From Candidatus Tremblayella phenacoccinincola (GTDB lineage: Bacteria; Pseudomonadota; Gammaproteobacteria; Burkholderiales; Burkholderiaceae): a stretch of DNA of 10,769 bases. Positions 8,003 through 10,769 of the stretch are shown here, piece by piece (position 1 is the stretch's first letter; the number at the start of each line of letters is the position of its first letter). Location of the stretch: positions 1-10,769 of the forward strand of contig NZ_VMQO03000005.1 in NCBI RefSeq assembly GCF_009805595.3, given 5' to 3'. Below the pieces are notes generated by a model. It was not told the DNA's origin. It did no database searches and was given only the letters and a program-made list of their open reading frames with translations. Both the position numbers and the translations under genes were made by a program.

Positions 8003-8076
8003 CGGTGAGTAGCGCAGCTTGGTAGCGTAACTAGTTTGGGACTAGTGGGTCAGAGGTTCAAATCCTCTCTCACCGA
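8003..8076 (+). tRNA. proM: tRNA-Pro (anticodon UGG)
   Basis: CGGTGAG TA GCGC AGCTTGGTA GCGT A ACTAG TTTGGGA CTAGT GGGTC AGAGG TTCAAAT CCTCT CTCACCG A. It is collinear with E. coli proM. No CCA is encoded (next bases are CTA). Confidence 0.9.
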
Positions 8077-8180
8077 CTAGGCTTGTTTTAACTTCTTTGT
8101 CGATATATATAGGTATTTCTATGAATAAGATATAACATTAAACTAGCAACCCCATTTCCCCCCATTATATATTCAAGCAT

Positions 8181-8927
8181 ATGTTTGGTAAAAAGATAAA
8201 GCTAATATGGAATACCATAAAACTAGAAGCTAAACTATTAACAGACTATGAACCTATATTAAAGAAGTCCTTCTTTTATAGGTTTTTAGTACATAAGGTA
8301 TTTAACAGCTCATTATTATACATTTTGACAAAAGCCCTAAAAAGCAAACCTATAATAAAGACTATAAATATAAGAACAATAAATAATATGTATGCATATA
8401 ACCCAAAGCTAACCCCAAATGCTATTCAAGATATCTTTATATTTTCCCTAAAAGATCCAATAATAAATAAGTATATTATGCCAATGCTATATTTAAAAGG
8501 CTTCCACGTCTTATGCATATATCGTTTATATAGTTGTATTTGGAACCAAAATAGTCAGTTCTTATCTACCTATATCCAAAATAAAATATCAGTAGTTCTA
8601 AACATAGATATCCATCCAGCTTCCTACATTGGCAACGAAATAATATTTGATCATGCAACTGGAATTGTAATAGGTGAAACATCAATCCTAAAAAAAAGCA
8701 TAACTATTTTACAGCAGGTAACATTAGGAGGAACTGGAAAGCTAAAAGGTAACCGACACCCTAAAATAAATGAAGAAGTAACTATTGGAGCTGGAACATC
8801 AGTTTTAGGTAATATAAAAATAGATAATAAAGTAAAAATAGGAGCTGGGACAGTGGTATTACATTCGATTCCAAAAAGCAAAACAGCTGTTGGTATTCCA
8901 GCTAAACTAACCCCACATGAATTCTAA
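8181..8927 (+). CDS. cysE: Serine O-acetyltransferase, lacking the C-terminal about 20-25 aa of the E. coli protein
   Basis: The 248-aa ORF is collinear with E. coli CysE (273 aa). Matches are IWNTIKLEAKLLTDYEPIL (E. coli IVWNNIKAEARTLADCEPML), LYLKGFH, and the hexapeptide-repeat core DIHPASYIGNEIIFDHATGIVIGETS...LQQVTLGGTGK...RHPKINEEVTIGAGTSVLGNIKI. It ends at GIPAKLTPHEF, just after the E. coli GVPARIV position. Stop codon is TAA. Confidence 0.93.
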   Translation: MFGKKIKLIWNTIKLEAKLLTDYEPILKKSFFYRFLVHKVFNSSLLYILTKALKSKPIIKTINIRTINNMYAYNPKLTPNAIQDIFIFSLKDPIINKYIMPMLYLKGFHVLCIYRLYSCIWNQNSQFLSTYIQNKISVVLNIDIHPASYIGNEIIFDHATGIVIGETSILKKSITILQQVTLGGTGKLKGNRHPKINEEVTIGAGTSVLGNIKIDNKVKIGAGTVVLHSIPKSKTAVGIPAKLTPHEF

Positions 8928-8930
8928 TCT

Positions 8931-10460
8931 TTATTGGTTCGTTTTTAAAGGACGCATAGTTGGAAACAATATAACATCTCGTATACTACTGGCATTAGCT
9001 AATAACATAACTAATCGATCTATACCAATGCCTAAACCAGCAGTTGGTGGAAGTCCGTATTCTAAAGACTTAATGTAATCATCATCATATAAAACTAAAC
9101 GATCATTAGGATCTTTTTCTTTTATTTGTTTTAAAAAAGCTAATGACTGTTCACTTGAATCATTCAACTCTGAAAACCCATTTCCAACTTCTTTACCATT
9201 TATAAACACTTCAAAACGCTCACTCAAAAAAGTATTACTGTCTAAACGCCGAGCTAGAGGAGAAACTTCAGAAGGATAGTTAATAATAAAGGTAGGCTGT
9301 TTCAATTTACCTTCAACAACGCTTTTAAATAGATGCGTTTGAGCTTTACCTAAACCCCATTCCTTTTCTATATTAATATCTAAAGAGCTAGCTATTTCAG
9401 AAACTAATTTAATATCATTTAGGTCAGAATATCTTATACCTGAACAAAAGCTACATATTGATTCTAACATTGGTATTTTAATAAATGCTTTACTAAAATC
9501 TAATACAGTATTACCATAATTAATAGTATTACTTCCTAATATACTTTTAGTAATGTATTTATATAGATCTTCAACTAAATCCATAAGATCGTTATAATTA
9601 GCATAAACCATATATAGCTCCATCATAGTAAACTCAGGATTATGGTAAGATGAAAGACCTTCGTTTCGAAAGCTACGGTTGATCTCAAATATCTTTTCAA
9701 GTCCACCTACTACCAAACGTTTCAAATATAATTCAGGAGCTATCCGAAGAAACATATCAATATTCAAAGTATTATGATGAGTAATAAAAGGACGCGCAAA
9801 AGCGCCACCTGGTATTGTATGCATCATAGGGGTTTCTACTTCAATAAAACTATTACTTAACATATAGCTTCGTAGTTCTGATATAATATGAGATCTAGCT
9901 ATAAATATATTTCGAGACTTTTCATTAAAAACTAAATCTAAATAACGTTGTCGATAACATAGTTCTTTATTTATTAAACCATGAAACTTATTAGGAAAAG
10001 CTCTAACTGATTTAGTTAATAACCGTATATCATAGCAACATATAGATAGTTCTCCTGCTTTTGTTTTAAATAGTTTACCACATGCGCCAACAATATCACC
10101 TAAATCTAATAAGTTAACTTGTTCTTTATATTCAGAAAAGAAACCACAAGATAAGTATAGCTGGATTTTACCACCCGAGTCTTGAATAGTCAAAAAAGAT
10201 ATTTTACCGAAGTCTCGAATATTAACTACTCTGCCTGCAACTGCTATATTAATATTTAATATGTTTAATAGTTCATTGGGTTTATTATCATAGTTTAAAT
10301 GTAAGCTATTAGAAATAGAATCTCTGCGAAAGCTATTTGGAAATATAATAGTTTCTTTTTTAGAACACAAGCTTAACAACTTATATTTACGTCTATAATA
10401 CTCACTATCAATAAAAGCTTTTGATATATTATATTCTATAGCTGAACCAACCATAACCAT
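8931..10460 (-). CDS. lysS: Lysine--tRNA ligase (class II LysRS)
   Basis: The 509-aa ORF is collinear with E. coli LysS (505 aa). Matches include FPNSFRRD, VAGRVVNIRDFGKISFLTIQDSGGKIQLY, YRQRYLDL, VETPMMHTIPGGAFARPFITHHN, RIAPELYLKRLVVGG, FRNEGLSSYHNPEFTMMELY and PPTAGLGIGIDRLVMLL. A strong SD lies upstream. Stop codon is TAA. Confidence 0.97.
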   Translation of the reverse strand: MVMVGSAIEYNISKAFIDSEYYRRKYKLLSLCSKKETIIFPNSFRRDSISNSLHLNYDNKPNELLNILNINIAVAGRVVNIRDFGKISFLTIQDSGGKIQLYLSCGFFSEYKEQVNLLDLGDIVGACGKLFKTKAGELSICCYDIRLLTKSVRAFPNKFHGLINKELCYRQRYLDLVFNEKSRNIFIARSHIISELRSYMLSNSFIEVETPMMHTIPGGAFARPFITHHNTLNIDMFLRIAPELYLKRLVVGGLEKIFEINRSFRNEGLSSYHNPEFTMMELYMVYANYNDLMDLVEDLYKYITKSILGSNTINYGNTVLDFSKAFIKIPMLESICSFCSGIRYSDLNDIKLVSEIASSLDINIEKEWGLGKAQTHLFKSVVEGKLKQPTFIINYPSEVSPLARRLDSNTFLSERFEVFINGKEVGNGFSELNDSSEQSLAFLKQIKEKDPNDRLVLYDDDYIKSLEYGLPPTAGLGIGIDRLVMLLANASSIRDVILFPTMRPLKTNQ

Positions 10461-10466
10461 ACAAAG

Positions 10467-10476
10467 CTCCTCTCCT
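10467..10476 (-). promoter_or_regulatory. Shine-Dalgarno region of lysS (AGGAGAGGAG), overlapping the prfB stop codon
   Basis: The minus strand reads TAAGGAGAGGAGCTTTGTATG. The GGAG ends 6 nt before the lysS ATG at 10460. This is the only strong SD I see in the window. Confidence 0.6.
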
Positions 10477-10769
10477 TATAAACCATTCCTAAGGTTCTCT
10501 ATAATAAACATATCTATATTACCATCTAATACCGACTGAACATCTCGAGATTCTAAGCCAGTGCGAAGGTCTTTAACAAGAGAATTATCTAATATATAAG
10601 ATCTAATTTGATTACCCCAACTAATACTAAACTTAGTATCTTCAATGCTTTTCTTTTCAATAGTTTTTTTAGTAAGTTCAAGTTGATATAATTTAGACTT
10701 CAGTTGTTTTAACGCATATTCTTTATTTCTATGCTGAGACCTACTACTTTGACACTGAGTTGTTATATT
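10476..10769 (-). CDS. prfB: Peptide chain release factor 2, 3' partial (5' end beyond the window); the reading frame is interrupted at CTT TGA (10683-10678), so it is either a +1 recoding site or a pseudogene
   Basis: This gene is not in the ORF track because it has no in-window start. The upstream frame translates as [30 protein letters not shown] followed by TGA. The +1 frame continues [67 protein letters not shown] and ends at TAA (10478-10476). Joined, the two pieces align without gaps to the E. coli RF2 C-terminus ([82 protein letters not shown]...). The prfB-lysS order matches E. coli. Confidence 0.85.
   Translation of the reverse strand, partial: NITTQCQSSRSQHRNKEYALKQLKSKLYQLELTKKTIEKKSIEDTKFSISWGNQIRSYILDNSLVKDLRTGLESRDVQSVLDGNIDMFIIENLRNGL

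Noticed and set aside
8121-8135. Mini-ORF ATG AAT AAG ATA TAA upstream of cysE as a possible leader peptide
   Set aside because: It has no Cys or Met codons, no SD and no attenuator hairpins, so it is most likely chance.
8651-8881. 76-aa ORF on the - strand
   Set aside because: It is antisense to the hexapeptide-repeat region of cysE, where repeat periodicity commonly leaves the opposite strand open.
10664-10670. A7 tract in the prfB mRNA (T7 on the + strand) as a transcriptional-slippage site that could repair the frame
   Set aside because: The in-frame TGA (10680-10678) precedes the tract, so slippage there cannot rescue translation. The tract is also shorter than those known to slip efficiently.
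10741-10769. By counting 10-nt blocks, the printed sequence appears to end at 10770 rather than 10769
   Set aside because: This is probably an off-by-one in the stated length or in my reading. It only affects the partial first codon of prfB at the window edge. It does not affect the internal frame break, which is a relative shift between two in-window segments.
1-10769. Search for CRISPR arrays, IS or transposase ends, integrases, phage, toxin-antitoxin or defence genes, and long inverted or direct repeats
   Set aside because: None were seen. Every long ORF is a conserved housekeeping or biosynthetic gene, and the remaining space is tRNA, rnpB or short spacers.

Overview
This is a very AT-rich window (coding DNA roughly a quarter G+C by eye). 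Gene content and local gene order are Enterobacterales-like, which fits a reduced-genome insect-endosymbiont lineage; that placement is inference, and no organism can be named from the sequence. Left to right: RNase P RNA (rnpB, -, not visible in the ORF track), aspS (-), tRNA-Ser(UGA) (-), rlmB (-), the sulfite-reduction operon cysJ-cysI-cysH (+), a hisR-leuT-proM-type tRNA cluster (His-GUG, Leu-CAG, Pro-UGG, +), cysE (+), lysS (-), and the 3' end of prfB (-, runs off the right edge). I found no mobile elements, CRISPR arrays, defence or toxin genes, or orphan ORFs with support, so I see no new multi-gene system here. The unusual signals are compositional or involve recoding. (1) The palindrome AGCT is over-represented about 5-9 fold in all codon phases, in RNA genes and in spacers. 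(2) The prfB 3' region needs a +1 shift exactly at CTT TGA to stay collinear with RF2. (3) None of the 8 visible stop codons is TGA, and half are TAG. (4) The spacers carry C-tracts on the + strand (G-tracts on the - strand) with a recurring GGGGAA-type motif, most strongly on both sides of rnpB; the rnpB-flanking spacers I counted are also richer in G+C than the genes. (5) CysJ lacks its N-terminal oligomerisation segment and CysE lacks its C-terminal CysK-binding and regulatory tail. All counts are hand counts and approximate.
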